In this document: positions 8,006-22,494 of the stretch, in pieces
Position numbering within the stretch: the stretch's first letter is position 1
Layout of the letters: each line of letters starts with the position of its first letter
Source: an uncultured Lachnospiraceae bacterium
GTDB lineage: Bacteria > Bacillota > Clostridia > Eubacteriales > Anaerofustaceae
NCBI GenBank assembly: GCA_964368185.1
Contig: CAYJAA010000001.1
Location: 13,959-67,924 of the forward strand
Direction of reading: 5' to 3'
Length of the DNA stretch: 53,966 nucleotides
The notes under the pieces: model-generated
Seen by the model: only the letters and a program-made list of their open reading frames with translations
Database searches by the model: none
Told to the model about the DNA's origin: nothing
Made by a program: the position numbers and the translations under genes

Positions 8006-9928
8006 TTACTTCTCTCCTTTGTCTTCTTCCTTATTTATTTCAAGTTTTTCTTCTTCTTTTTTACCTTCTATAGAACCTGTTCTATAAAGGTTTAAAAATT
8101 CTTTTCCACTAAGAGTTTCTTTTTCTAATAAAGTTTGTGTAACAAGCTCTAGTTTTTCTTTGTTGTTACTTAAAATCTCTACTGCTTTATTGTGGCAAGA
8201 AGTAATAATACTTCTAACTTCTTTATCAATTGCAGAGGCTACTTCTTCCCCATAGTTTTTAGATCTTAAGAAATCTCTTCCAATAAACACATTCTCTGAC
8301 CCGTCTGATAAAGACATAGGTCCAAGTAGAGAACTCATTCCATACTCTGTTACCATACTTCTAGCTATTTTTGTAGCTCTTTGAATATCGTTACTCGCCC
8401 CTGTGCAAATATCATCTAGCATAACTTCCTCTGCGGCTCTACCACCTAGAAGTCCACTAATTAAATCAAGAAGTTTGCTTTTTGAAACATGATCATTTTC
8501 ATTGTCTGGAAGGGCTATTGTATACCCTGCTGCCATTCCTCTTGGAATAATCGAAATTTCATGAACAGCATCACAATTATCAAGTTCTTCCATAACAATA
8601 GCATGCCCTGCTTCATGATAAGCCGTAATCCTTTTATCAACATCACTAATGATTTTACTTTTTTTCTCAGGCCCTGCAATAACTCTTTTAATTGCTTCTT
8701 CTAAGTCTTCCATCTCAATTTGTTTTTGTTTTTTTCTAGCTGCTAATAATGAAGCTTCATTCATAACATTTTCAAGGTCTGCTCCTGTAAATCCAACAGT
8801 CCCCTTTGCGATTGTTTTTAAATCAACTTCTTTACTAATAGGCTTTCCTTTAGAGTGAACTTTTAACACTTCTTCTCTACCTTTAACATCTGGAGGAACA
8901 ACCATAATTTGTCTATCAAATCTTCCTGGTCTTAAAATCGCTGGGTCTAAGATATCCGCTCTATTTGTAGCTGCAATAACGATAATCCCCTCTTGATTAG
9001 AAAACCCGTCCATCTCAACTAGTAACTGATTTAATGTTTGTTCTCTTTCATCATTTCCCCCACCAAGGCCAGCCCCTCTATGTCTACCAACAGCATCAAT
9101 CTCATCTATAAAGATGATACAAGGAGAATTTTTTCTAGCAGTGTCAAATAAATCTCTAACTCTACTAGCACCAACCCCAACAAACATTTCCACAAAATCT
9201 GAACCACTTATTGAGAAGAAAGCTACTCCTGCTTCTCCTGCTGTAGCCTTTGCTAGTAATGTTTTACCTGTTCCTGGAGGTCCTACAAGTAAAACCCCTT
9301 TTGGGATTCTAGCTCCTAGTTCAGTATATCTTTTTGGACTTCTTAAAAAGTCCACTACTTCCATTAACTCTTCTTTTTCTTCATCTGCTCCTGCAACATC
9401 TTTAAAAGTTACTTGCTTATTTTCATTAGTATAAAGCTTAGCTTTACTTTTGCCAAAGCTCATAACCTTAGAGCCACCCCCACTTTGTTGTGAGAAGAAC
9501 ATAAAGATTAAAAACCCAAGTAACCCCAGTGTTATAACACTCATTATTGTATTAACAATATTACTAGAAGAAGGAACTTCGTAAATAACATCAATCTCCC
9601 CTGGATTTTCACTTATATAGTCTGTCAAAAGAGCATCTAACTCTAACATTGCAACATTAGTAGTAAGTAGCGTATCTCCACTTTTTAGCTTTGCTGCTGC
9701 ACTAGAGCTTCCTCTATCTACTTCTATTTGTTCTACATTCCCTGCGTGTACATGGGATACTAACTGACTATAAGTAATTTCTTTTGTCTCTACGCTAGTA
9801 AAAGGGTTTATACCACTTCCACTACCAGAAAAAAGCCCTATTGCAAAGTATACACACGCTATTAAGAAAACATACGTAAGTAAGACCCTAAAGCCCTTAT
9901 TCTTTTTATTTTTATTATCGTTTTTCAA
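8006..9928 (-). CDS. ftsH: ATP-dependent zinc metalloprotease FtsH
   Basis: Walker A GPPGTGKT, the SRH region, and zinc site HEAGHA. Two N-terminal TM segments. TTG start behind AAGAGGT. Confidence 0.97.
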   Translation of the reverse strand: MKNDNKNKKNKGFRVLLTYVFLIACVYFAIGLFSGSGSGINPFTSVETKEITYSQLVSHVHAGNVEQIEVDRGSSSAAAKLKSGDTLLTTNVAMLELDALLTDYISENPGEIDVIYEVPSSSNIVNTIMSVITLGLLGFLIFMFFSQQSGGGSKVMSFGKSKAKLYTNENKQVTFKDVAGADEEKEELMEVVDFLRSPKRYTELGARIPKGVLLVGPPGTGKTLLAKATAGEAGVAFFSISGSDFVEMFVGVGASRVRDLFDTARKNSPCIIFIDEIDAVGRHRGAGLGGGNDEREQTLNQLLVEMDGFSNQEGIIVIAATNRADILDPAILRPGRFDRQIMVVPPDVKGREEVLKVHSKGKPISKEVDLKTIAKGTVGFTGADLENVMNEASLLAARKKQKQIEMEDLEEAIKRVIAGPEKKSKIISDVDKRITAYHEAGHAIVMEELDNCDAVHEISIIPRGMAAGYTIALPDNENDHVSKSKLLDLISGLLGGRAAEEVMLDDICTGASNDIQRATKIARSMVTEYGMSSLLGPMSLSDGSENVFIGRDFLRSKNYGEEVASAIDKEVRSIITSCHNKAVEILSNNKEKLELVTQTLLEKETLSGKEFLNLYRTGSIEGKKEEEKLEINKEEDKGEK

Positions 9929-10083
9929 GTTTAATACCTCTTTTGTTATGTTTTTACTATTATATATTCATTATATTATATATAATTATTCATTTTATCA
10001 TACAAGACTTTTATTGACAACATTATACTTAATTATATAATTAAAATTTAATATTATTTTATATAGATAATTTTCACTAAAAT

Positions 10084-10620
10084 CTATTTCGTATATACTT
10101 CTTCTTTTAATACCCCTATATAAGGTAAGTTTCTATATTTTCCATTATAGTCAAGTCCATATCCTACAGCAAATTCATCAGGAATGTAAAAACCATAATA
10201 ATCTACATTCACATGAATTTTTTCTGTTCCTTGCTTAATTAATAAAGAACATATCTTTATGCTATTTGGACATCTTTCTTCTAAAAGCCTAATAATATAA
10301 TCAAGAGTTGTTCCTGTATCTAAGATATCTTCCATAATAATTAAGTCTCTTCCCTCAATTGGTTCATTTAAATCCTTTATAATTTGAACTACACCTTTGC
10401 TTTTTATCCCCTCATAACTTGAAACCGCCATAAAGTCAATGTCTAGTGGAATTTGCATTTCTCTGATAATATCTGTTAAGAAAATAACCGCACCTTTTAA
10501 CACGCAAATAACCAAAGGGTTTTTGTCTTTATATTCATCCCCTATTTCTTTTGCTAGTTCTTTAATTCTTGTTTCTAACTCTTCTTTTGATACTAAAACC
10601 TTTTTTATATCCTTTTCCAT
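10084..10620 (-). CDS. hpt: Hypoxanthine phosphoribosyltransferase
   Basis: PRPP-binding loop LIIMEDILDTGTTL, in the conserved tilS-hpt-ftsH order. Confidence 0.95.
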   Translation of the reverse strand: MEKDIKKVLVSKEELETRIKELAKEIGDEYKDKNPLVICVLKGAVIFLTDIIREMQIPLDIDFMAVSSYEGIKSKGVVQIIKDLNEPIEGRDLIIMEDILDTGTTLDYIIRLLEERCPNSIKICSLLIKQGTEKIHVNVDYYGFYIPDEFAVGYGLDYNGKYRNLPYIGVLKEEVYTK

Positions 10621-11988
10621 TTAAAACTCCTTATATATAATTTTTAATATATTTTTTGTATTTTTATCAATCTTATATTTTTCACTCACCCCATAACCTA
10701 ATATGGAAATGATCTCTTCCCCCTCTAGTAGTAAGGGGATTTTGTCTCTTTTCTCTTTTACTATTTTTTTATCTATAAAGTATTTCTTTAAAGTTTTGCT
10801 TCCAATAAGTCCAAGAGGATAAAATTTGTCCCCTTGCCTTTTATTCCTAATATAAAGCTGTCTTTTTATTTTGTCTAAATCTACAAATAACTCTTTGCTA
10901 CTTTCTTTGCAAATTTCATCAACTTCTATAAACTCAACAAAAAACCTTTCCCTTGAAAAAACAAATCTTCCCTTTTTATTAACCTTATACTCAAAGTCTG
11001 CTTTTTCATCTTGTTTTTTTTGAATATATATTTTATCATATCTTCTTATAAAAGAAAGGTTGTTTGAGGTATGAATTTCAAAAGAAGTTTTTTCTTTATT
11101 TCTTAACTTATTTAATATATCTTGAATGTGTTTATAGGAGACGTCTCTTACAGACATAAATTCTTTAAATAAATAAGATATAAATTCTTTTAAAACAATG
11201 TCTTCTAGGTCTATTATGTCTTTATAATACACCCACACACCACCTTCTTTTCTATGAATTTTAATATCTTTATAAAACTTACTAATAAAGTCAGTATACT
11301 CCTTTGAGATACTACTAAGCTTAAAAATCCCCTCTTGGAGATTTGGGTTTATTTCTTTCATTTTAGGGATAATATCAAGCCTAATATTGTTTCTTGTATA
11401 ATCCTTTGAAAAGTTTGTTTTGTCTTGTATATAAGAAATATTATTTTCTTTAATATATTTTTCAATATCCTCTTTTGAAAAACACATAAGGGGTCTAAAT
11501 ACTCCCCCTTTTCTTTTGATATCAATTCCTAAAAGACCACTCACCCCACACCCTCTTATAATATTTAAAAAAACACTTTCCATATGGTCATCTAAGTGAT
11601 GCCCTGTTAATATTTTATTATATCCATATTCTTTTTTTATCTCCTCCATAAGGGTATATCTAATGTTTCTAGACAAAACTTCTAAGCCTTCTTTTTTTTC
11701 CTTTGAAAGCTTTATAATGTCTACCCTTTCTTTGTGAAGAGTTATATTATTTTTTTTGCAGATTTCCTCTACAAATTCTTCGTCTATATAAGATTCTTTT
11801 CGAATTTTATGGTTAAGGTGAAAAGCACTAAAGCTAAAGTCTATATTTTTTTGTAACTTTAAAAGCAAGTCAAATAAAACACATGAATCACTCCCTCCAG
11901 AAAAGGCTAGCAAAACATGTTCATTTTCATTTATTAAGTGGTTGTCTTTTACAAATTCATAAAATACTTCTTCTAACTTAATATCCAT
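10621..11988 (-). CDS. tilS: tRNA(Ile)-lysidine synthetase
   Basis: N-type ATP pyrophosphatase P-loop SGGSDS and synteny with hpt/ftsH. Confidence 0.9.
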   Translation of the reverse strand: MDIKLEEVFYEFVKDNHLINENEHVLLAFSGGSDSCVLFDLLLKLQKNIDFSFSAFHLNHKIRKESYIDEEFVEEICKKNNITLHKERVDIIKLSKEKKEGLEVLSRNIRYTLMEEIKKEYGYNKILTGHHLDDHMESVFLNIIRGCGVSGLLGIDIKRKGGVFRPLMCFSKEDIEKYIKENNISYIQDKTNFSKDYTRNNIRLDIIPKMKEINPNLQEGIFKLSSISKEYTDFISKFYKDIKIHRKEGGVWVYYKDIIDLEDIVLKEFISYLFKEFMSVRDVSYKHIQDILNKLRNKEKTSFEIHTSNNLSFIRRYDKIYIQKKQDEKADFEYKVNKKGRFVFSRERFFVEFIEVDEICKESSKELFVDLDKIKRQLYIRNKRQGDKFYPLGLIGSKTLKKYFIDKKIVKEKRDKIPLLLEGEEIISILGYGVSEKYKIDKNTKNILKIIYKEF

Positions 11989-12114
11989 ATATAATATTGT
12001 AATTTTTTTTTTAGATATATCAATACATTTAAAGAAAAAGTTTATAATTTATACTACATTATGATAGTTTATAGGGATTGATTGACAAAATGTATATAAA
12101 AACATTAAAAAATA

Positions 12115-12123
12115 TGGTATAAT
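12115..12123 (+). promoter_or_regulatory. Extended -10 promoter element (TGgTATAAT) upstream of recF
   Basis: tatggtataat at 12113..12123. There is no good -35, which an extended -10 can tolerate. Confidence 0.4.
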
Positions 12124-12185
12124 ATTTACACTAGAAAAGAGCACCATAACTATGGTGTGATTTTTGTGTTTTCTAGGGAGTTTTT

Positions 12186-15213
<3,028 letters not shown>

Positions 15214-15228
15214 GAAAGGTAGAATAAG

Positions 15229-17691
15229 ATGTCAAATAAAGATATGATAAATCATGGCAAAATAGAAAAAAGAGACATTGTTGATGAAATGCAAACATGT
15301 TATATAGACTATGCCATGAGTGTTATAGTAGGTAGAGCCCTTCCTGATGTAAGAGATGGGCTAAAGCCTGTACATAGAAGAATCCTTTATTCAATGGAGG
15401 AGCTTGGAATTAAAAGTACAGGACAATATAGAAAAAGTGCTCGTATTGTTGGGGATGTTATGGGTAAGTATCACCCTCACGGTGATAGTGCTATTTATGA
15501 TGCTATGGTAAGACTTGCTCAAGATTTTTCCATTAGATACCCTCTTGTAAACGGTCATGGAAACTTTGGTTCTATTGATGGAGACAGAGCGGCGGCTATG
15601 CGTTACACTGAAGCTAGAATGACAAAAATGACAACTCAAATGCTTAGAGATATTGGTAAAGATACCGTTGATTTTGTCTCTAACTTTGATGATACTCTAA
15701 AGGAACCTAGCGTTCTACCTAGTAGATTCCCTAACCTTTTAGTAAATGGATCTAGTGGTATCGCTGTAGGTATGGCTACAAATATTCCTCCTCACAATTT
15801 AGGAGAAGTTATTGATGCAATTATTGCTTTGATTGACTCTAATATGGAGGCGAGCGTTTCTCAGTTACTTAAATATGTAAAAGGCCCAGACTTCCCAACT
15901 GGTGGGATTATCATGGGAAGGTCTGGAATTCACTCTGCTTATACTACTGGAAGAGGTAGAATAAAGCTTAGAGCAAAAAGTAATATTGAAAGTATTACAA
16001 AAACAAGAGATAGAATTGTTATTACAGAAATTCCATATATGGTTAATAAATCTAAACTTGTTGAAAAGATTGCTGATCTTGTAAAAGATAAAAAAGTAGT
16101 TGGAATTTCAGATATTAGAGATGAGTCTGATAGAAATGGAATTAGAATTGCTATTGACTTAAGAAAAGATATTAATGCAAATATCATCTTAAATCAGCTT
16201 TATAAATATACTCAGCTACAAGACACTTTCGGGGTTATTATGTTAGCCCTTGTAAACAATCAACCAAAAGTACTTAACTTAAAAGAAGTTTTAGAAAACT
16301 ATATTGGCCACCAAAAAGAAATCGTAGTTAGAAGAACTACCTTTGATCTTAACAAAGCAAAGGCAAGAGCTCATATATTAGAAGGGCTTTTAATTGCTCT
16401 TGATAATATTGATGAAATCATTAAGATTATTAGAAGTTCTTATGATAATGCTGAAGAAAAATTAATGGCTAGATTTGACCTTTCTGAGATACAAGCAAAA
16501 GCTATTGTAGACATGAGACTTAGAAGACTGCAAGGCTTAGAAAGAGAAAAGCTAGAAGGGGAATATAAAGAGTTATTAGCCCTTATTAATAAGCTAGAAG
16601 AAATCTTAGCAAATGAACATTTAGTAATGAATATTATTAAAGAAGAAATTCTTGAACTGAAAGCTAGCTTTAATGATGAGAGAAGAACTTCTTTTGAAGA
16701 AGATGATGAAGACTTCCACATGGAAGACTTAATTGAAGAAGAAGATATTGTTGTTACAATTACTCATGTAGGGTATGTAAAAAGAGTTTCTGCAAATACT
16801 TATAAAGCACAAAAAAGAGGTGGAAAAGGAATAACTGCCCTATCTACTAGAGATAACGACTTTGTAAAACACTTATTTACTACAACAACACATCATTATA
16901 TTATGTTCTTTACAAACAAAGGTAAAGTTTATAGGCTTAAAGGATACGAGCTACCAGACGCTTCAAGAACAGCTAAAGGGACTGCTATTGTAAACTTATT
17001 AGCTCTAGACCCAGGAGAAAAAATAACTGCTGTAATTCCAATTAAAGAGTTTAAAGATGATGAATACTTAGTAATGGCAACAAAAGAAGGTATCTTTAAG
17101 AAAACTGCTGTTAGTGAATATGATTCTTCTAGAAAAAATGGAATTATTGGAATTAACTTAAATGAAGAAGATGAATTAATTGGCGTTAATTTAACTGATG
17201 GAAAACAAAACATTATCCTTGGAACTAGTAATGGGGTTGCTATTAAATTTAACGAAGAAGAAGTAAGACCTATTGGTAGAGTTTCTAAAGGGGTTAGAGG
17301 AATCAACCTTAGGGATGATGATCTTGTTATTGGAATGGATTTAGCAAAAGATGATGACTTTGTTTTATCTGTGACAGAAAATGGTTTTGGTAAACTTACA
17401 AAAACTTCCCTATATCCAACTCAAGGTAGAGCTGGAAGAGGGGTAGTAAACTATAAGACTACAAAGAAAACTGGAAATGTATCAGGAATGTGTGTAATCA
17501 ATAAAGAACACCACGATATTATGTTAATTAGCATTGATGGCACAGTAATTAGAATTGATACAGGAGACATTTCCCAAATGGGAAGAAGTACTTCAGGGGT
17601 TAAGGTTATGAGACTAGAAGAAGATGTAAACATCGCAACTATCGCTAAAGTGCCTTCTGCTCCAGAAGAAGAACTAGATTTAGATGAATAA
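15229..17691 (+). CDS. gyrA: DNA gyrase subunit A
   Basis: QRDR-region motif [10 protein letters not shown], active-site AAMRYTE, and an acidic C-terminal tail. Confidence 0.98.
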   Translation: MSNKDMINHGKIEKRDIVDEMQTCYIDYAMSVIVGRALPDVRDGLKPVHRRILYSMEELGIKSTGQYRKSARIVGDVMGKYHPHGDSAIYDAMVRLAQDFSIRYPLVNGHGNFGSIDGDRAAAMRYTEARMTKMTTQMLRDIGKDTVDFVSNFDDTLKEPSVLPSRFPNLLVNGSSGIAVGMATNIPPHNLGEVIDAIIALIDSNMEASVSQLLKYVKGPDFPTGGIIMGRSGIHSAYTTGRGRIKLRAKSNIESITKTRDRIVITEIPYMVNKSKLVEKIADLVKDKKVVGISDIRDESDRNGIRIAIDLRKDINANIILNQLYKYTQLQDTFGVIMLALVNNQPKVLNLKEVLENYIGHQKEIVVRRTTFDLNKAKARAHILEGLLIALDNIDEIIKIIRSSYDNAEEKLMARFDLSEIQAKAIVDMRLRRLQGLEREKLEGEYKELLALINKLEEILANEHLVMNIIKEEILELKASFNDERRTSFEEDDEDFHMEDLIEEEDIVVTITHVGYVKRVSANTYKAQKRGGKGITALSTRDNDFVKHLFTTTTHHYIMFFTNKGKVYRLKGYELPDASRTAKGTAIVNLLALDPGEKITAVIPIKEFKDDEYLVMATKEGIFKKTAVSEYDSSRKNGIIGINLNEEDELIGVNLTDGKQNIILGTSNGVAIKFNEEEVRPIGRVSKGVRGINLRDDDLVIGMDLAKDDDFVLSVTENGFGKLTKTSLYPTQGRAGRGVVNYKTTKKTGNVSGMCVINKEHHDIMLISIDGTVIRIDTGDISQMGRSTSGVKVMRLEEDVNIATIAKVPSAPEEELDLDE

Positions 17692-17730
17692 AAAAAAGAC
17701 ATATGCCTTAGGGCATATGTCTTTTTATTT
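17691..17730. terminator. Bidirectional terminator between gyrA and the glucosaminidase gene
   Basis: aaaaaaagacatatgcc ttag ggcatatgtcttttt, with a perfect stem of at least 10 bp flanked by A and T tracts. Confidence 0.85.
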
Positions 17731-17743
17731 TACTTTGTTTTTA

Positions 17744-18394
17744 TTATATAATTCCCATTCCCTCATATAAAGAATGCATTTGACTTGAAATACGCTGATA
17801 CCAAGTTTGGTTTGAAGCATATCTTTTGTTAACCCCTTGTACAGTTTTCCCATTATACAAAGACCCATCTTCTGATAAATAATTTTCACTAAGAGCTTTT
17901 GCTACAACATCGATACATTCAGACTTTGAAGAAAATCCACTTCTACCAAATCCAAACATATTATTTTCTCTAAATAAAATCGTCCCCCAAGCACTTTCAT
18001 GAGCTGCAACAGCCATTAAAAATACACTGTTTACTCCATATTTTTCCTCAGCCTCTATAAAGTCTTTTTCAAGACCTACAAGGCCTCCTTTTGTAACTTT
18101 TTTAAGGTCTTCTTCGCTAACCCCACTAGGCTTAGTTAAGTCTAGAGAATATATTTTTTCGCTACTTGAAACAGAATCTTTTATCATCTCTTTTTCAAGA
18201 GCTAGTGTTGTATAAGATATAACTTCTTGTATATCTTCCTGTGCATGAGCGTTAAATGCTTCTACCGCTCCACTTTCGTCAATTTGTCTTATTATGTTTT
18301 CTTTAGTTTCTTTGTTATGTATAAAGATAGTAAGTAAAGTAGCTATAATAACTATTCCCACTATTATCATATGTTTTTTATTTATATTTTCCAT
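17744..18394 (-). CDS. Membrane-anchored GH73-type N-acetylglucosaminidase (peptidoglycan hydrolase)
   Basis: An N-terminal TM helix. FLMAVAAHESAWG....NNMFGFG resembles the glucosaminidase catalytic region. Confidence 0.7.
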   Translation of the reverse strand: MENINKKHMIIVGIVIIATLLTIFIHNKETKENIIRQIDESGAVEAFNAHAQEDIQEVISYTTLALEKEMIKDSVSSSEKIYSLDLTKPSGVSEEDLKKVTKGGLVGLEKDFIEAEEKYGVNSVFLMAVAAHESAWGTILFRENNMFGFGRSGFSSKSECIDVVAKALSENYLSEDGSLYNGKTVQGVNKRYASNQTWYQRISSQMHSLYEGMGII

Positions 18395-18645
18395 TTTTTA
18401 TTTTTTTCTCCTTTTTAACAAAGTATTTGCCATTATACTAAATTTAAAATCAAAAGTCAAAGCTTTTTGGGAAAATATAATATGTCTTTAATAAAAAATG
18501 AATTGTTCTTTTGTAGGTGCCACTAACAAAAAGTAAAGGAATGGGAAAAACCCTTCTTTCTTTTACATAAAAGCCTCTTTTATATGTAGGGGGAGCCTAC
18601 TATAAATATAAAAAATCAAAAGAAGATACTCTATATATAAAAAAT

Positions 18646-18915
18646 TGCACTTTATTAATAATAGTATATAAGTAGTAAATATGGTGCTTTTTATTTTTTT
18701 AAAAAGCAAAGCCACCCGTTCCCGTGAGGGAATCATTGGGTGGACTTAATATTTACGGAAATAATAACAGGCTTTTACTCCCCGTTTTGCCAAAAAAGGG
18801 GTATTTTTCGTTCTTTTGATATCAAAAGAACAATTATTTTTTTATAAAAGAAAACTTATATATAAAAAAAAGGAATGGCAAAAGCCATTCCCTTATCTTT
18901 TAGTTTATGAAGTTT
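18646..18915 (+). repeat. Structured intergenic repeat, copy C (full length, + orientation)
   Basis: Collinear with copy A. Carries the palindrome gttcttttgatatcaaaagaac (18820..18841) and the terminal hairpin ggaatggc aaaa gccattcc. Confidence 0.75.
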
Positions 18916-18918
18916 TTA

Positions 18919-19422
18919 TTATTCTTTCTTCCCTAAATTAGAAGATGTAAAAGAGCCTTTATTATTAATCGTTGACTTTCTAAGCTCTTTAAGTTCGACT
19001 TTATTATCCTCTATAACATTAATCATGTCTCTTAACTCATCTTGGATATTTTTAAGAACTGTTGCTGAATAATCAATTGAGCCAACTCTAAGTTGTAAAG
19101 CTTCTGTTTGGGCGCTTTTAGCAAGGGCTTGAGCTTTGTTGTAAGCACTCCTTGTTATCTCGTCAGAATCAATAAGCTCCCTCATCTTTCTTTCTGCTTG
19201 GCGAACAATTTTGTCTCCTTGCTTTCTAGAATTTTCAAGTATTACTCTTTCTTCTTCTTTTATTTTTATTGCATCCTTTAAATCAAGGGGAATATTTAAT
19301 CTAATATCTTCGATTAAATCAAGCACATCTTCTTGGTCTACCATAATCTTAGAAGAAAATGGGACAAGTGAGGCATTTTCCATGATATCTTCAAGTTTTT
19401 GTAATAATTCTAATACTTTCAT
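18919..19422 (-). CDS. Conserved coiled-coil protein of unknown function
   Basis: A 167 aa charged helical protein, apparently co-transcribed downstream of coaD. SD is AAAGGAGAC. I recognised no catalytic motif. Confidence 0.5.
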   Translation of the reverse strand: MKVLELLQKLEDIMENASLVPFSSKIMVDQEDVLDLIEDIRLNIPLDLKDAIKIKEEERVILENSRKQGDKIVRQAERKMRELIDSDEITRSAYNKAQALAKSAQTEALQLRVGSIDYSATVLKNIQDELRDMINVIEDNKVELKELRKSTINNKGSFTSSNLGKKE

Positions 19423-19434
19423 AATCTGTCTCCT

Positions 19435-19923
19435 TTAGCTTAATTCACTATATTTATTTTTCAGCGCTTCTTCTACATTAGGAGGAACAATCCCAGAAAT
19501 ATCCCCTCCAAAATATGCAATTTCTTTTACCATACTAGAGCTAACATAAGAATATTCTGTGCTAGCAACAAAAAGAACACTTTCTATCTTCTCATTAAGA
19601 TTTCTATTAATAGTAGCCATTTGGAATTCATAATCAAAGTCTGTTACAACTCGAATTCCCCTTATTAGTGTATAAATATCTTTATTTTTACAATAGTCAG
19701 CCATTAATCCCTCGTGGACTTCTATAACAACTTTATCACTAATTCCAACTAAAGCCCCTTCAATCAGCTTTATTCTCTCCTTAACACTAAAGAAATAATC
19801 CTTCTTAGGATTTTCCATAATTACAACATATATTTTGTCAAAAACCCCACTACTTCTTTTGATAATATCTAAATGCCCTTTTGTAATTGGGTCAAAGCTT
19901 CCTGCGTATATAGCCTTTTTCAT
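19435..19923 (-). CDS. coaD: Phosphopantetheine adenylyltransferase
   Basis: YAGSFDPITKGHLDII (the T/HxGH nucleotidyltransferase motif) at the expected length of 162 aa. Confidence 0.95.
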   Translation of the reverse strand: MKKAIYAGSFDPITKGHLDIIKRSSGVFDKIYVVIMENPKKDYFFSVKERIKLIEGALVGISDKVVIEVHEGLMADYCKNKDIYTLIRGIRVVTDFDYEFQMATINRNLNEKIESVLFVASTEYSYVSSSMVKEIAYFGGDISGIVPPNVEEALKNKYSELS

Positions 19924-19925
19924 CT

Positions 19926-20462
19926 CTACTCCTTAATATAAAAATCTATTTTGCTTAAAGAATATACTTTACTTTTGAATTTATGATAAGGTGGAGTAAA
20001 CACTTCTTTATTTTTATCAAATTCCACAATCAAAATTCCATTTTTTTTAAGTATATCATATTTAACAATATTTTCTATAAGAAAATCTATTTTTTCATAA
20101 TTATAAGGTGGATCTAAATAAATTATATCAAATTTTTCCCCTGTTTTACTCACAAAATTAATAGCATCATTTTTTTTAATAATAGCAAATTCATTTGCCT
20201 TTGTTCTCCCTACATTTTCTTTTGTTAGTTTAATGCTATCATTATTATTATCAATAAAGTAACACAGCCTGGCCCCTCTGCTAATAGCCTCTAGCCCAAT
20301 ATTTCCACTTCCTGAAAACAAATCTAAAATAACACCTTCCTCTACATAAGGCATAATTATATTAAAAATATCTTCTTTTATTCTATTTGTTGTAGGGCGA
20401 ACTTTTTTGTCCTTTGGGCTAATTAGGTTCATCCCTCCCATTTTTCCTGATATAATTCTCAT
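19926..20462 (-). CDS. rsmD: 16S rRNA (guanine966-N2)-methyltransferase
   Basis: SAM motif LDLFSGSGNIGLEA and DPPY, with rsmD-coaD synteny. Confidence 0.9.
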   Translation of the reverse strand: MRIISGKMGGMNLISPKDKKVRPTTNRIKEDIFNIIMPYVEEGVILDLFSGSGNIGLEAISRGARLCYFIDNNNDSIKLTKENVGRTKANEFAIIKKNDAINFVSKTGEKFDIIYLDPPYNYEKIDFLIENIVKYDILKKNGILIVEFDKNKEVFTPPYHKFKSKVYSLSKIDFYIKE

Positions 20463-20471
20463 AATCTTCTC

Positions 20472-22493
20472 CTAATTCCAGGTTATTTCCCCGGTAATAT
20501 ATTGGTATTTTTCCTTTAAATAATTTAAATATAATTCATTTTCTTTATTTTTATCATCCATAATACTTTCCACCAACAAACTGGCTTTATTAAATATTTC
20601 CATATTTTCCATAGCCTTATAAATATTAAACCCATCTTTGCCACTTTGTCTATATCCTAAAATATCCCCCATCCCTCTTAGCCTTAAATCTTCTTTACTT
20701 ATCTCAAAACCATCTTGATTATTTTTAATAGCCATAAGCCTTTCAATACTAGTTTTTGATTTTGTGTCACTTATTAAAATACAATAAGACTCTTCACTTC
20801 CTCTACCTACCCTGCCTCTAAGCTGGTGTAGGGTTGACATACCAAACCTGTGAGCATCCTCTATAATCATAATCGTAGCATTTTTATTATCTATTCCTAC
20901 CTCTATAACAGTAGTAGCAATAATTATAGGAATTTTCCCAAGATAAAATTTTTCCATTATATCTTCTTTTTCATCTTCTTTCATTTTCCCATGGATACAA
21001 GCAATATCATATTCAAGGAAATAATCTCTTTTTAGCCTTTCATATACTTCCTTAACGCTTAAGATTTCTTCCCCTTCAATACTTGGAACAACAATGTAAC
21101 ACTGAAAGCCTCTATTTATATTTTCTTTTACAAAGTTATAAATCCTATCATAATAGCTGGAATTTCTAATATATGTTTTTATTTCCCTCCTACCACTAGG
21201 CTTTGCTTTTACAATGCTAACCTCTAAGTCCTTATAAAAGCTTAGTGCTAAGGTTCTTGGGATAGGAGTGGCGCTCATTACTAGAGTGTGGACAACCTCC
21301 CCCTTTTTACTTATAAGCCCTCTTTGCTTTGCTCCGAATCTATGTTGTTCGTCTATTACTGCAAGGCCTAAGTTTTCATATTTAACCTTTTCACTAAAAG
21401 CGCTATGAGTCCCTATAACAATATCCGCTTTCCCACTACTAATATCTTCATATATTTCTTGCTTTTCCTTAGGGGTTAACTTTGAATGAATTAAGACAAT
21501 ATTAAAATCTTTAAATATTTTTTTTAAGTTTTCAAAGTGTTGCATAGCAAGAAGTTTTGTTGGAGCTAAAAAAGCTCCTTGATATCCATTTTTTACACAC
21601 TGATATAAGCCATACATCCCAATAAGAGTTTTTCCACACCCTACATCTCCTAGCACAAGGCGGTTCATCACCTTTCCACTAAGAAAATCCTTATCAATAT
21701 CTAAAATAACCTCTTCTTGAGAAGGGGTTAGCGAAAAGGGAAACAAACTTTTAAAAGCATCCTTGTTTGACAGGACAAAAGGAGATGTCTTTTTACTTTG
21801 TCTTAACATTTTACTTTTAAGAGCGGTATAAGCAAAGCTAGCACACTCATCAAAAAAAAGTCTCTCTCTCCCTTTTTTAACATCTTCTTCACTCTTTGGC
21901 AAATGTATTTTTCTATAAGCCTCTTTAAGGCTTAAAAGATTGTTTTCATCTTTAAAATCTTTAGGAATAAAGTCTTTAATCTCTACTATATCAAGACTTT
22001 GGGAAATAAATTTACAAAACTGAGTATTTGTAATTTTATTTTTAGAGCTAAGGGGATATATACTATTTAACCCCTCTTTTATTTTTTGGTTTTTCCCTTT
22101 TTCTGAACAAATAGGATTTGTTAAGTTAAAAGAACCATCTATAATTTCTACTTTTCCATATATTAAATATTCTTTTTCTTCCTTAAGATTATTTATTATA
22201 TATGGATTGTTAAAAAAGGTAGCATATACTATACTACCTTTACTTTCAAATTTTACTTTTGTTATACTTAAACCAGATCTTATTACTCTTGTTTTATACC
22301 CTTTTATAAAGGTAGCCAAAACTAAGTTTTTACTATTTATAAGAGCCTCATTAATAAATACTTCCCCAGGAATCTCTTCATAAGTTCTAGGAAGATATTC
22401 TATTAAGTCATATAAATTGTTTATCCCACTAAGGGCTAGTTGATCTAGAGTTTTTTGACCTACTCCCTTAAGAGTAAGTAAGCTTTCTTTCAT
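20472..22493 (-). CDS. recG: ATP-dependent DNA helicase RecG
   Basis: Walker A GDVGCGKT, a DEQHRFG box, and the RGRVGRG motif VI. I moved the start to the ATG at 22493 (MKESLLTLKGVG), 1 nt after the upstream stop and behind GGAG. Confidence 0.95.
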   Translation of the reverse strand: MKESLLTLKGVGQKTLDQLALSGINNLYDLIEYLPRTYEEIPGEVFINEALINSKNLVLATFIKGYKTRVIRSGLSITKVKFESKGSIVYATFFNNPYIINNLKEEKEYLIYGKVEIIDGSFNLTNPICSEKGKNQKIKEGLNSIYPLSSKNKITNTQFCKFISQSLDIVEIKDFIPKDFKDENNLLSLKEAYRKIHLPKSEEDVKKGRERLFFDECASFAYTALKSKMLRQSKKTSPFVLSNKDAFKSLFPFSLTPSQEEVILDIDKDFLSGKVMNRLVLGDVGCGKTLIGMYGLYQCVKNGYQGAFLAPTKLLAMQHFENLKKIFKDFNIVLIHSKLTPKEKQEIYEDISSGKADIVIGTHSAFSEKVKYENLGLAVIDEQHRFGAKQRGLISKKGEVVHTLVMSATPIPRTLALSFYKDLEVSIVKAKPSGRREIKTYIRNSSYYDRIYNFVKENINRGFQCYIVVPSIEGEEILSVKEVYERLKRDYFLEYDIACIHGKMKEDEKEDIMEKFYLGKIPIIIATTVIEVGIDNKNATIMIIEDAHRFGMSTLHQLRGRVGRGSEESYCILISDTKSKTSIERLMAIKNNQDGFEISKEDLRLRGMGDILGYRQSGKDGFNIYKAMENMEIFNKASLLVESIMDDKNKENELYLNYLKEKYQYITGEITWN

Positions 22494-22494
22494 A

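Noticed and set aside
18500-18640. Possible additional degenerate fragment of the repeat (gttcttttg at 18505..18513 and aaaggaatggg aaaaa cccttcttt at 18535..18560) just left of copy C.
   Set aside because: The similarity is limited to two short strings and the hairpin is imperfect. It is too degenerate to distinguish from chance or from a decayed terminator.
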